DNA of 64,000 nt from Ruditapes philippinarum (lineage: Eukaryota): contig NW_026860885.1 of NCBI RefSeq assembly GCF_026571515.1, positions 1 to 64,000 on the forward strand, given 5' to 3'. The notes under the pieces were generated by a model. It worked only from the letters and a program-made list of their open reading frames with translations. It was not told the origin of the DNA and ran no database searches. Below, in pieces: positions 25,663 through 40,600 of the stretch. The translations under genes and the position numbers were made by a program. Every line of letters begins with the position of its first letter. The first letter of the stretch is position 1.

Positions 25663-28600
25663 TATCTCTTCAACCTAAGTTTGTTTATAAACCAACGGAG
25701 TTTCCGTACTCGAGGTGCTTTGAAAATGGTACGAACCGAATGGCATGTGAAAAGCTAAATATCAGTAAAGGTAGGTACAGATTACAATAAAATAAATAAA
25801 ATGATATTTACTGTTTTATGAATCAGTCTTAAACATAAGTAGACGAAGCTCATTTAAGCAATGCGTTCTGTTTTCATTGTTTAAAATGTCCTGAAAAAAA
25901 TGCGTTGAACCCACTTGTTTCCTATATGGTATCCGTAAAGTATGTTTTTCTATTATAGAAGAACTGTTTAGAGAGTACATATAGAATGCATGATAATAAT
26001 ATTTTATGTTTCAATATCTAGCAACAGGTTCTAAATAATATCACCCAAGTGATTTATCAAATTTATCGGTCAACGTAAATGGGTATGACAAATATCAAGT
26101 CAGAAACATTTAAAGGTTCCAGATATTTGCATATAAAATGTTAATCGTTTTACCAAGGGACACACTACCGTACTTACAGCCATGAATATTTGAGTTCATA
26201 CATATTGTTTATTCATTGGCATTTCTAGCAAACGGTCGGTAGATTTGATACTGTGACTTTAGAAACTGTGACATTTCAGAATCACCAAAAATATCAATGT
26301 AATAAAGATTTCAGTAACGCAATTCCCGGACTAAAATTCCGGACCATACAAACAATCAAACATTACCATACTCCTGCCAATCCTTCTATAGGCGGGAACT
26401 CGAACAAGTATAAATTATTCAATATTTGTTGCAGTTTTCCCACGAGATTGCGATGGGCGGACTTTAATTCAAATATTACAGTTTAGGATTATATATACAT
26501 GCATATGAAAGTCAGGCTAGGAAAACTGCGATAAAATTGTCTCATAATCACTTCAATTCAGCAAATGATTTTGAATGATTTAACAATGACACGCTAACAC
26601 ATAGAATCACCAAGACCTTTTAAAACTATTATAATAGCAATTTAGTTGGGAAAACGTAATCTTTACCACGCTTAATAGGAATAAAGTTATAATCATTGGT
26701 CTCCACCAGACTAAAATTTGAAAATAACAACAACAACAACATTTTATTTGCATAAATATTATAAAATATACATCATGTTTCTGATTACAGAACGACTGGA
26801 AAAACAAAGCATGTGGCCACCAGGGCCATACGCAATCCCAATGTCCAAGTATGGCTGTCCGGAGTCTAAATCTCAGGGTTGGTTTAAAAGCTTTTTGAAG
26901 GTCAGCATGATTACTTCGGAAAATACTTCTACAGTATTGTATGGGGATTGGTTGAAAAGATTTGTTGAGTTATACGATATCCTTTTCAAATTACCTGATC
27001 GTAAAGAAAATTTGACGCTCTATTTTTGTGTGAAATTCCGAAACGAACCCACACTTGATAAAGAACACTGGATTCCTGGAAACTACAGTATTTACAAGAT
27101 CGGCCCGTCGTGCCCTACAGGTATATATCAATTCTTTGATACTTTAAATTAGAATAACTTCTGATTGAGCCGGTGCTATTATGGGGTTTTAGCTTACACA
27201 ACAGAAAAACGTTTCAATTTTCCATTATTAACATCACAATTGAGACGAGTCTGTAATTTTCAATTATTTATTTTTGCCAATTTAATCAATTATTTTCAAT
27301 GATCTATCCTTTACAGAAGTTTTGTTTAATGAGGTGATATTATTTTAGGTACTTGAGCCCGTAGATATAATTATCTGAAAACCGTTTTTATCTAGTAAAA
27401 AGATAAATAGAATCTTTGTATCACTCTATTTCTAGCATTTGAGGAATTAAACGGAACACTTCCTGTAACTAATGTTGTGTCCTCTGGTCATATTCCAAAT
27501 ATTGCAGTATCAAAAGAAGGTTTGTATGTTGATATTTCTCCCGCTTTATTTCCAAAATTGAACTCTGAAATGTACGAAAAGCGTAGATGTTTTAAAAAAT
27601 ATAACATTGATATTATTGGTATTCCTCCAAAATACATAGCATTATTCAATATTTTCTTTTAATTATTAAAATATTGGTTTTATTTCAGCATTGCATTTTC
27701 CAGTGTTGATATTTTGGAACATTATGACCTTATCTCTTATGAACATGCTACATCAAATCGAATCTTCAATATTTATATAATATTGTTGATTTCATTACTC
27801 CCGAGGGATAATCCATTTTTTCAGATTTTTACACCCGATTAAATCAATTCTGCTGTTTTGATTTTCAATATGTTTCTTGTGTTTCGTCATGTTCAATGTA
27901 TATGCCTTTTTACTATTAAGAATGTAAAACAGAATATTTATTCAATAAAAGGGCAATCTGAAGAAACTTTCAGCATCTCAATGTGTAGAAAAATGGAATT
28001 TACTGACATGGCAGACTTTCATTCAACTGTAACATTCAAAATGTTAGGGACTGATTTCATTCTTGAAAAGGCAAGGTTTCTTTTTTCTTTTCTTTGAACT
28101 ATTTAATAAAAGTATCTTTAATATGAGAATGAAAAAAAAGCAAGTGAAGCAATTATACGTAACCGGAATTATACATATTGTTAACTATAAATTAAAGTAT
28201 ATTTAAAGTCTAGTAAATTCCTAACGAAATGTATTCTTTGTTTATAATTTGCATCTTATTCCATCCTGGACACGAAATAAACATACGTTTAATGAAATAT
28301 TTCTGTTAAATGCAATGTGCAAAAATGACATGTGTTTTATTTGAACTTTTTCTGAGGTAAAATTTCTTCGATAATATAATGGCAGGATCAAGACACACAT
28401 TGCATTGAATTTGACGGTTCAACAGTGTCTCAGGGACCTACATACTGCCTTTATAACCCAAAAGGTATGTTATATTCTGAGTTTGAATGAGGCAATTTTA
28501 ACACAAACCTGGTTATTTAATTCCCAAATACTATGCGTGTAATGTTTCCAGCTAAACGTATTAAGTATTTTAGATTTTTTTATTCAAGTTATACATTCCT

Positions 28601-31600
28601 TTTACTGGTTTATTTTGTGGTTGCTAACAAAACACAGGAAACTTCAAGATCACCTTGTAAATTGCGTTATACCATTGCAAAAATAGTGATATTAAATGCT
28701 TGCAATTATTATATCAATTAAGGTTCGCGATATTAGTTCAAATGTGTATTTTAATTGTTTTCAGTTGTTATGAACTTTGATTATGATACAACAACAGGTA
28801 AGTATTATTAACAATACTTTACATCCTCTGTTATGAAATGCAACATGTCATAATATGACATCTAGATAAAAGGCGCCATCGTAAAATGTTTGTTTACAAG
28901 GCAACTCTTTTATTATTTATTCTTTTTCGATAATCAAAATCGCAGCGTTTACAATCATGTTACTAATTTTATAAAATTCATTTATAAAGTATTTGTTACA
29001 AAACCGTTTACAAGTAAGAGTTTTTTCTTACATGAAATAGGTCTATCAATTGGCAACATATAAAAGATAAAAACATTAAAATATCAAAGTACAGAATACA
29101 GTAATAAACATTGTGAGAGAAAACATAGAATCTACACTTACGAGTTTTAAAAACTTTCTGAAAAGAGTTTATTTTGTGCATTCTCTGTGTGTATCTATTC
29201 CTTTTTCTGAGTTTCAGAGGTGATTCTTCATCAACAAAACCTCATCAAAGCAATTTATCCAGGTAAGATCTGGAAGAAGTAAATGACATACACATAACAG
29301 AAGAAATAACGGCTAAAATGACCTACATATAATTTTCTGATTCAATATATGGGTTTAAAATACTTGCGAAATATCTACAAGCTGTATGATTAGACATGCT
29401 TTTTGTCCATTAGTTTCTTTACCTTGTATGTATATATGGCCGAATTTGTGATAAATAGGCAAAATAAAAACATATATATATCTATTGTTTTATTCCAGAA
29501 CCTTATAATGATGAATTGTATACCATTGACTGTCAGCGCTCACTTGAAGTTGTAATGATTGAAATCACCTCCCCGACTATTGTGAGTATGCTAGTCCTTA
29601 ATTACCGAAAATGCAAATAGAAAAACAGTCCCTAAAGAACGCACAAAACGGGAAACTGCAAATATTGCAGGCTGGTTTAATTGAACTTGTTCATGGAAGG
29701 TTGTGGTAAATGCAAGATACTGCCAATGACCCTGTTCTAAGTAGTTTAATACAATATGCAAGATATTAGTTACAATTTTGATTTTATAAATATTGTCATA
29801 TGATTTTATGTCATATTGCGGGAGAACGTATGTCAACAATTTGTGTAGCGTTTTACTTTCTATAGAACATGTAATATATTTCTCAGTTGAAACACCTAAA
29901 CGTAGTACCGCGAATCTGATAGATTATATAAAATATGATTCAGATTGTCTTTTATTAAATGTTTGTTATAAAGACATGTTTATTTGCAGCAAAAAGATAC
30001 TCCTTTCACATGCCTTGTTTACGATCTGTCATTGGTGGAATCGGTAATGTGTAATACTGAACAAACAAATAATCCTGGAAAAATATATCTGAGGTAATGC
30101 AGCCGTTTTCTATACATTTATTCAATCACTGACATAATCAAAATGATGACGAAACAAATCTTTACATGTATACATGATTTATTATCGTTTAGTTTTGCTT
30201 GAAAAGAGTTGATACTTCATGCAATGCTTCTTTTTGTATTATATTGTATGAATTGAAGTAAAATTTATAAAAAAAACTATTATTCTTCTTTCTTGTGTGT
30301 GTGTGAAAGATTAGTTTTTCAATTGTCTTTACATCACACGTAAACGAGAGCTAAATCATATTTGAGGCTTGATACACTATGTACATTTAGTTACTAAACA
30401 ACGTTCACGCTTTCGTCTTTAAGTCAAAAATAGATATTTACATATATTTTGTTAACACGTAACACTATTTGCATGTGTATGCATGTTTTGTTTCATTTCA
30501 TTTCGTCATTGGTATATCGAAACGTGTATACAGTCTTATATTACTTGTGAGTATGAGAGAAATATCATACCTGTCGTCCATTTATTGACTAGTGAGCCAT
30601 TGTATATTATAAAATTATTGACTAGTGATCAATTCAGTATGATGTGATATTCACCGGCAGATAATTAAATCGACCGAGCCGATAAATATGTAATATATTT
30701 GCTTTGTTATAGAATGAGAAACATATTAATGAGCCGCGTCACGACAAAACCAATATAGTGGGTTTGCGACCAGCATGGATGCAGACCAGACTGCGCATCC
30801 GCGCAGTCTGATCAGGATCCGTGCTGTTTGCTTGCCAACTCTATTACAAGTAGAGAAACTGATAGCGAACAGCATGGATCATGATCAGACTGCGCGGATA
30901 CGCAGGCTGGCGTGGATCCATGCTTGTTGCAAACGCACTATGTTGGTTTTGTCGTGATGCGGCTCATTTAATGCTTGTTTGTCGTCATCAAATGATTATT
31001 CCTAAGCATATGATAAAAAACTTAAAACTTATGAATTTACAGGAATGACATATTTAATCACTTGTTCAGCTGATATTTTATCGTTATAAAACATATTTTA
31101 CGTTATGTTATGAGTTTTACATTTGATATATTTAGCATATTAAGTAATATGCATGTTTTCGTTTAGTATACTAGAGAAAAATGACAAAATTATAAAACAT
31201 TCACAATTTTCCTTGCACAATCGCAATATGATTGATGTTATTTGGGATAAAAATGCAGAAATATCATACCCAAAACTTAAATTGTATTTTGAAAAACAGA
31301 TGCAAATTTACGTAATGTTGATGTAGCCTGACTTAAATTTGTACTTTTATATTCAGATTTACAATGTTCTATATACGAATTCATGAATTAATGCTTTAGA
31401 ATTCCAATAAATGTATGCATTGTTTCGTCTATTAAGATATATAAACACACTTACAATAGCACGATAGTTTGTGCATGAACATTAAAATTTCTTCAACTAA
31501 CTTATACTTACTATAAGCAATGTAATCTTAAATCATCGTATTGCAGAAGAACACGTGGTCGATTTTTCAGCTTCGCGTTCGAGAAATTCATTGATGGTAA

Positions 31601-34600
31601 CTTGTCATTTAAGGCGTACATATCAAGTATAGAAGCACGTAAGTACGTTAACGTTGAATTAAACAACACAACTGGGGAGACCTTTTAATTATTTGACAAC
31701 AATATATATGGAATATATGTCGTATTAGTATTTATTTTTAAAGATATATTATGCTCAAATTTGATATTTAAAAAAAAACCTGATAATTACTATACAGTTT
31801 TTGTTGAATCGAAAATAAGCATCTTGAAATATGTACACAAAAAGGAAACATGATATGTTTTAAACACTAAACACTACAGATAATCACTGTATGATTTCAT
31901 AGNNNNNNNNNNNNNNNNNNNNNNNNNNNNNNNNNNNNNNNNNNNNNNNNNNNNNNNNNNNNNNNNNNNNNNNNNNNNNNNNNNNNNNNNNNNNNNNNNN
32001 NNNNNNNNNNNNNNNNNNNNNNNNNNNNNNNNNNNNNNNNNNNNNNNNNNNNNNNNNNNNNNNNNNNNNNNNNNNNNNNNNNNNNNNNNNNNNNNNNNNN
32101 NNNNNNNNNNNNNNNNNNNNNNNNNNNNNNNNNNNNNNNNNNNNNNNNNNNNNNNNNNNNNNNNNNNNNNNNNNNNNNNNNNNNNNNNNNNNNNNNNNNN
32201 NNNNNNNNNNNNNNNNNNNNNNNNNNNNNNNNNNNNNNNNNNNNNNNNNNNNNNNNNNNNNNNNNNNNNNNNNNNNNNNNNNNNNNNNNNNNATATACAT
32301 AGTTGACAAGATAACATAGGATAAAATAATGAGCATTATTAAATACCTTATCACATACGAGAAAAACTATGACATGCTCACCAAAACCAAGGATAACACA
32401 AAAACGGGCAAAAAGCTCTTATTTTTATTTCCATTGTGATCCTTTGTATTGACGGCATGACATATACAAATAAGTCATAAAAATGTATATCACAGTCAAA
32501 TCTTGAGTTAATGATACTCCTGTTTACAGCTAGGATTTAAAACACATTACTAAAATTGTAAAAAGATAATTAGCAGACAATTTAAAATCCTGAGCCGAAA
32601 TATGTAAAACATAGTAAAAAAATAAATACTGTTCATAAGATGACTTTTGATGGCAACCTTAAATCTTTGTAACCTGTTGTCTCCGTTAACTCTATAGGTA
32701 AATCATTCCATAATTTAATACCAGAGAAAGCAAAGGATTTAGAACCATGACCTTTGACCTTAGGTAGACAATACCCACCCTTTTGACTAAGTCTTGTACT
32801 ATAATTATGTACGGAATCTTGCGAAATAAAGTGTTCAGACATGTAATCCGGAGACAGCCCATTTTTTATCTTAAAAACACGACACAACATTATCTGTTCA
32901 ACTCTTCTGTGGACCGGTAACCAGTTAAGGGACTTAAAGTGGGATGGGTCAATATGGTCTCTGGAATCCAAGTCACGTACAAATCTCATTATTTTATTTT
33001 TACAAGTTTGTAACTTATTTTTTAAAGACTGTGTCAAGCTATTATACCAAACAGAGCATGTATAATCATAGTGACGCTGAATAAGAGACATAACCAGGTT
33101 TCTTGGTATGCTTAGTAAGAAATTTTTTCTTGCGGTAAAGAAATTTTAACCGAGAGTTGGCCTTCTTAAGAACCGACTCGGCCATGTAGCAAAATGACAG
33201 ATTTTGGTCTATAGTAATCCCTAGATACTTGATAGATGAAGTTGATTCAATGGATGTACCAGAACAGGTTAGATTGTGACCTAAGCTTTTGCTTGGACCC
33301 CAAAAAAATTGACTCGGTTTTACCCAAGTGCAATGACAACTTATTGTCCACTAACCATTAGCTGACCAATTCCATATCATCTGTCAATGCCTTTTCAACA
33401 ACAGATAAATTTTACCAGATACAAGGATACCCGAATCATCAGCATATAAAAGAAAATTATTTTTGACCACAGCTGACATATCATTTACATAAATTAAAAA
33501 GAGAAGGGGTCCAAGGATTGAGCCCTGAGGAACACTATATGTTATTTTGGAATTGGAAGAATAAGTACCAGAGACATCTACAAGCTGCTGTCTATCTGAT
33601 AAATATGATTTGAAACAATTTAGGACGGCAATACTAAGACCTGATGCTTGCAGTTTCATTAAAAGAATGGAATAATCGACTGTGTCAAATGGAAGGTTTC
33701 ATAAGAATAGTCCATATGAATTTGACAAGCAATATGGAATGGAGCTTCCCAAACATAGTTTTTATATTCACTTAATTAAATTAGATATATTCAGGAAGAA
33801 TTTACTAGTTTTTGTTTAGAAATTTCTGCAATAAAAATGTAGTAAATAACCCAAACATGAGCATATTATATCTTTAAACTGTCTGGTAAAAACATAATTC
33901 ATTTAACATTTTAACATACAAATATGGAAATGAGTTATTTGTTTAATTGTAGAAATAACAAAGTTTCTATTTCTAAGAAGTGATAATGCAGGTTATATGA
34001 TATTTCCAAACCAACTAGTCACCAGGCAGCGGCCTTAAAACATAATCTTAAATTCAAGTATATAAAAAGAAATTAGTACCATCGTTCAATTTAGATTTGT
34101 CGTTAAAGTTTGACATTGTATTCAAATTGAACGATTTGAACTGTAGAGACTGTTTTTTATTTGTTAAAACATGTTTCTATTGTGTATGCAAAACTAGCTA
34201 TCTTATTGCTTCCTATTTCTTATTTGTAGACAATGGTGAGCCATGTTTTGAAAGTATTAAAATAGATGACAACCAGATAAATGTTTCCTCTGCGCATCCA
34301 AGACAAATACTGTCAGATACCAAATATATTTTCACTGGCTGGATTCATGACATTACCGACCAGACACCTTGGATTTTGGTTTGTTTGTTATTTTAAAATT
34401 ACATTTTTTTTCATGGAATTATGTATTAATAAATACTGATTCAAAGAAAGAGTTCAGTGGTTTTAAGATATTAGCAAATTTCAACTTTGTAAATTGAAAA
34501 TGTAAAGGAAAGTTCATATATAAACTTCAATAATTATATTTGCATGTGCAAATGTTGAAACCAGGGGGGATGGGGTTGGACAATAGCCTGTGAGTACCAC

Positions 34601-37600
34601 TACATTATTACAAAGTCAGAGTAAATAATTGATAAGGAAATCATTGTTTCAAAATATGAAGATAAAGCATGCAATTTTATATATTCAACGACATTTTTAT
34701 TGAAAACATTTTGCGTTCATCTTTCAATGTTACCACCATTGGCTCACTTGAAACTTATAATACATAGTAAGTCCACAAAGCTGATAAAATTTGTCTGCGA
34801 TTCAGGCTTGCATGATCTCAAATATACCCGTGCAACCAAACAATATGACTATATGAAAAGTTAAATATCAACCTTTTCATTGAAACACCTTTACTTTGAT
34901 TTCGTTTATCAAACATTGAATGCGTAATGAATAGAATACTTATCTTTAAATGTAAAGGAAAGAACATGGATTTCTTAAGAACGCCCGAAATGGTAAAATT
35001 GAAAATTTTGCAGGCTCGCTTTGATTGGACGGTAGTAGTAAGCTCAAATTATTGTTCATGCCCCTAAGCAGGCTTATTCTCGTACCTTTCATTTTTATTC
35101 ATCAAGGTGGATCTGATTGCTGTAACAACAATAGAAGGAGTTGGTATTTACTTTTCCAAAGATTGTGACATATGGACAACTTTTAGTTTACATTATGGCA
35201 CGAATAAAGAACAACTACATCTATACAAGCATATGGTAAACTCATCTATGTAAAGATACTCATATAAAAATGTTTATAGGTTGTTAAACATTGAATTGTA
35301 CAATACGGGGATATATATGACGAGTGCACAGCTTGAGAAACTATATTGACCATATTGAGCATGTAAGAGTCCAAATATATATTCCCGTATTCTACATTTT
35401 CAGTGGTTTATAGTCTTTTTCTGTATTCAAATTATATTGATATTGAGTAAAAGCAACATGTGACTTATATATCTTTGTTTGAATTTAAACTTCATAGATA
35501 ATACGTTAGAAAAACTTTTATACAGTCCATAATTTAATTAAAATTATCAGCAATTTTGTGTGGAATGTAATTGTTAAGTAATCAGTATTACAACAGACAG
35601 GGGCTACTTGTAAATAAATGTTGTTAGTTTCTTAGATTAGTTAACCCTTTAACTAGAAATTATTGACATTGGTGTGAACTGCAAGCAGTTTTGCTTTAAT
35701 GAACTGTCAAAGGGGGTGTGCATTAAATTAACTGCTTAAATATTACATGAACGAAACAAAGCTGTATAAAACTAAGTACAGGTGATTTATAATTTCAGGA
35801 ATTTAAGATATTGCCACCTGAGTACGTTTTAGAAGAAGAACAATCTTTCGTTTTTCCTAGTCCAATCAAAGCCAGATACGTAAAATTCAATGATTCACAT
35901 GAAACCCCAGCAGACAAACCCAGATGTCTTTTTTTCCAAATGTTCGGCTGTAAACTGACACGTAAGTAGACACTAACAATATTATAAGTATAAAGTGAAA
36001 TTGATGTTATGTGCGCTTGTCATTGGGTGATTATATCCAGATTTAAATAAAGATTAAGGCATTGTTACATGTATTAACAAACATTTGAAGATAAGGCTTT
36101 TAAATAAAAAGAGAAAGAAAGTTCAAACTTTTAATTATACCGTTTTATATTTTAATGCTATATTTGTAATCAGCCGTAGCGTTACTCTGATTTAAAGGTA
36201 TACTATGCTCAAATTTGATATAAGAAAATACTTTTGATAATTGCTACACAGTCACTTTGTCATTAAAAAGTAAACATGTTGTGACTTCACACACAGAAGG
36301 TACTACCCACTACAGGCGGTTAAAATATGAATATATCATGTTGTATATAGTGTCATTAAAACAAACTGATAGGGTTTTTTTTAAAAGAAAGGACCTACTT
36401 TGCTTGATATGTAATACTGAGCGCACGCAGCTTCCCATTTATAGTTTGGGCTTGTTGTCATAACTATGCAAGGACATCTCATCTCTCGTTGAACAGGTAT
36501 TATTCGACATCAACAACGGCAGCTCATCTGCAATGCTTCCTCTTGACCAAGAGTTCCGATCCGAAGATTCATCATCTATTGAAAATATAAGTGTTGAGGA
36601 ATGTAACAACCTTTGTAGTTCAAAGAACAGTTGTCGTGTTGCAAGTATGAATGAAGAAAGATTTTGTTATCACTACATGGGTAGTGAACTTGGTATATGG
36701 AGAAGTGCTAAGATAACTTCTGGTAGTCAATGGTTTGCAAAACTACAAAACTATGGTATGTCAACATTCACCACTATAACTAATTGCAATAATTCAATAA
36801 ATGTTCAATTGAATAGGTAACAAACAAACGAGAATAAATATTCTTTTGTTGCTGAAGCACAAAATTAAAGTTGTTGTTATAAAAATCTTATTGAACAATT
36901 TTTACGAAGAATTTAACTAATAATTTAATTTCCTGATTTGAGTACTCATTATAATAAAACAAATAAGAAAAATGCGTGGAAATTACAGATTGCGTTTGTT
37001 TAAAACGCACATTACTACAAAAAACCAAACGCAACACATTAATAATTTTAAAATGTTGAAACAACGAAATTATATCGAGTTTACACCATCATAGTTCAGT
37101 TATTTCGACTTTTCACCATCGTATTTGGATTTTTCATGTCGTACTTCCAACTTTTTACCATCGTGGTTGCGTTATTTTGACATTTGATTTTCACCATCGT
37201 ATTTGTGTGTGTTTGTTGTTTCGGGTTACGTGTGAGTCGCGATCGCCCTAAGGCGCCATCGTAAAAATGCCTCTTATTTGAAAAAAAAAAATTGTTTACA
37301 AAGACAAAGAAGGGAAGTTTAACGAGCATAGAATTTTTTTATTTAAATTTGCATGATAATAGAGAATCATGATAAAAAAACGAATTGATGAAATAGTTTT
37401 TGTGGGTCACTATCCTTCTCTAGAGTTGTCTGTCCCTTTGCTCTTTTCAATTCAACGATCGATTACTCAAAACTATACAAAGCAACACATCATATGAATA
37501 ATTTGAATTTGTGTTTGATAACATATTCTCTGTCATAGTGCAAAATTTGTTGAAATTCAAATTATTTGTGACAGAATTTATTCTAATGTTGCTTATGTGA

Positions 37601-40600
37601 AATGATAGAAACTTTTTTTTAAATTTATTCCCGTTTTTGTCTCTCTAAAATGCAGTATGGTCACTCACTGAAGCATAGCAAAACATATTTTAGAAATAAG
37701 TATTTTAATCTTTGCATAATGACTGAAAATAAGTAACATAAATAATTCGAAAGAAATAAAGTATCACTATGATTATTTTGAGCAATACACTCCTTGAAAA
37801 GATCTAAAAGAGTAAAGACTCATTTCAGGGGCAGATATCTCAAACAGTACATTTTTGTAGGTTGGTGATTTCCTATTTGGTCGTAATTTTTGTTTCACTG
37901 GTGACTTTTTAAATCATGCAAAGTTGCACAAATCTTTATGTTCTTCCTTTACTTGTTTAAAATATACTATAATTTCATTTTTTTTTTCTTTTCTTCTTCT
38001 TAAATAAAATGATCATGGCTATGGCAAACGCAAACTTAGCATGTATAAAGATGATTAAAATGGAAAAAAAAATTTAAGTTTGAAACCAGTTTGTTGATAT
38101 AACAAACTACACTGCAATAACTGTTATACATAAAATCTATACGCCTTACTCGTTTCGTTTGACTTTTTGATGAACTGTATTTATGTGGTTTGTGTTTCCG
38201 AAATATTTATATATCTAGACAATTTATCTTTCATAATATATGTAATATAATCAAAGTTGTATAATATTTCCGTTTTAAACAGTATATATAACATCATTTC
38301 CGAGAGCTAAATACACGAATGAATCGTTTTTTGGAAACATTCAGTACATCAATACAGACAGCATAATAACGTCACCCAGTTACCCATTCGGGCCTATTTT
38401 GGACTATGATATACAATGGATTGTGAATTTCGAACCAGGACGGTTTGTCTCATTGGTGTTTACAAACCTATCATTATCTGAGGTATTGATGTAGTTTTCT
38501 TTACAGGGTGGCGTACCAATGTGACTTTTTCGGAAATGTGCACGCCGGAAATGTTTGCATATTACTTCAATTAAAAAAGGGTTTTTTAATTTTTTTTTAC
38601 AAATTAATATATTTTCTTCAGGAGTACATAGACCCTTACATAGAAAGCTTATTCATTACTTATAAAATAATTTAATTGTTTTTTATCATTTGTAAACCCA
38701 TTTAGTTTTATCAAAGATTTTTACCTAAGGGTAGTCGAATAATTAATTAAAACTTACCGCAGTGTACTTTACTAAAACGCCCCAGTGTGTGCATTCATTC
38801 TTTTCATTCATTGCCGAAAATTATATTTTTAAAGCATACTTCTGTTTATGTTTTTTTCAATTTGAACTGTATTGCAATTTGTTAGTAAACCCCTTGCTAC
38901 GTTTGTTAAAAATTGAATATTTGGGAAACGAATAAACAAGGTGGGATTTCTTTTTGGTATCCGTTTCCGGTGTTAGATTCTTGTTTGTTGAATAATGCTG
39001 TATTTTCATGCAGTGTGCACTCATTGTTAGAACATCTGTAGAGGACGACAAAGGATTTACCATTGATGAACGCTTGAATAATGAAAGATTTGAAATACAA
39101 ACATATAAAAGCCTGCTGTTTTTAACAACTTATCTCAAAACGCTACGGTCACCAACAATGAAATTTCGGGCAATTGTTACCGCTGAAGGTAGGTTTTTAT
39201 AATATTCATTTTGAATTAAAGAATTTCTGCGTGTCGTTTAGAAAATCGTGGCTTTACTTTAATCCTAATGTTATGCTTTGAATTGATAGTTTAATTGGCA
39301 ATCTATTTTCTATTGCTGTATAATTTATTTTGTCGAATTTGGCCCTTCAAGATTACCAGTTTCATAAAGACCGTGTCGTAAATAGATTATGCCATTTATA
39401 TATGTTTTGTAATATTGGGTCAAGCCGTTGATTCCTTGAGCTCGAAACTTTAGTACTTTTTTGGGTTCCTGTACGTTTCTTCAAACGTATACATTAAATT
39501 ATTTGATCTTTAATTCTTTTGAGCAGGTTAATTTCTTTGTACATCCGAAAGTTGTATTATTCCCTTAAGAGTGGTGCTTATGCCCTTACTTTCCATAAGA
39601 GTTATTATGATGCATTTTTCAAAAGACATGTCCATTTTCTACTTTCAATAATGATATTGCACGCTGTCCAACAAACATTTACTAGTAGTAGGTATTGAAA
39701 TAATGTTAGTTTTCCCTTTTTCATCGTCTTTATTTTCATAGCAGTTTCTGTTATTCTATTATTTGCATTAGATGTTATGAGATTCTTATAGCAATTATAG
39801 AGAGAAAAACTGAATCCCTAAAGAAATTGCCCAAAACCAACAAAATTGAAAATGATGCGGAATAGGTTTGATTGAGCCTGTTCTTGGACGGTACTGGATA
39901 GTGCAAACTACCATCCACGACCCCTGAAACTTGATATAATATTTGCGGATCGTTAAAAATATTTGGCACTTTTATCTCTACCACCACCCCTTGCACTTTC
40001 CCAATTTTGATTTGGTTCTCTCACGTGGTTCTTTATTAGTTGTCCTAAGTTGCTTGGTTCTATATAAAATGAACACCGCTTTATGTAATGGATCTTGATA
40101 GTGATATTCTACGAGCGTTCCACGGAAAGCATTAACTTAGGCAACGCCAGATTCTTATCAAATTCCCAACATATATGTTTAACATTTTAGAAACTCCAGC
40201 TTGCTTGTCAATCGATTTAATTGGACATTCTGAAAGAAGGCAAGAACTTTGCAGTCAACCATCTATGGTCCTTACATCGTTGTCTATTTTGAACCTTAAT
40301 CAAGATTTGAAAGAAGAGTTCACAATTCAAGCAGGAAAACATCAGAGCATATATATTAATTTCATGTATTTCTACATGCCATGTTATGACGAACTTTTCC
40401 ACTGTAAGTAAATTCAAGTGTAGAGAAATTTTCAAAACTATCTATCCGTTATGATGAAAAATTCGAACTCGTATCATCAGTCTACTGGCTATGCAGGTAT
40501 TATAGAAAAAAGTTCTATCACTGGCAGAAGCATTTTACCCTTAAACTAATGCTCGGCATAGATGGGATTTAAAGTTAACTCAAAAACTATTTTATTCGAA

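Noticed and set aside
26182-26234. Alternative signal-peptide exon for the GPCR ([15 protein letters not shown])
   Set aside because: Needs a frameshift, and exon 25663-25770 already joins 26791 in phase.
31874-32354. ORFs of 147 and 156 aa
   Set aside because: Artefacts of the N gap.
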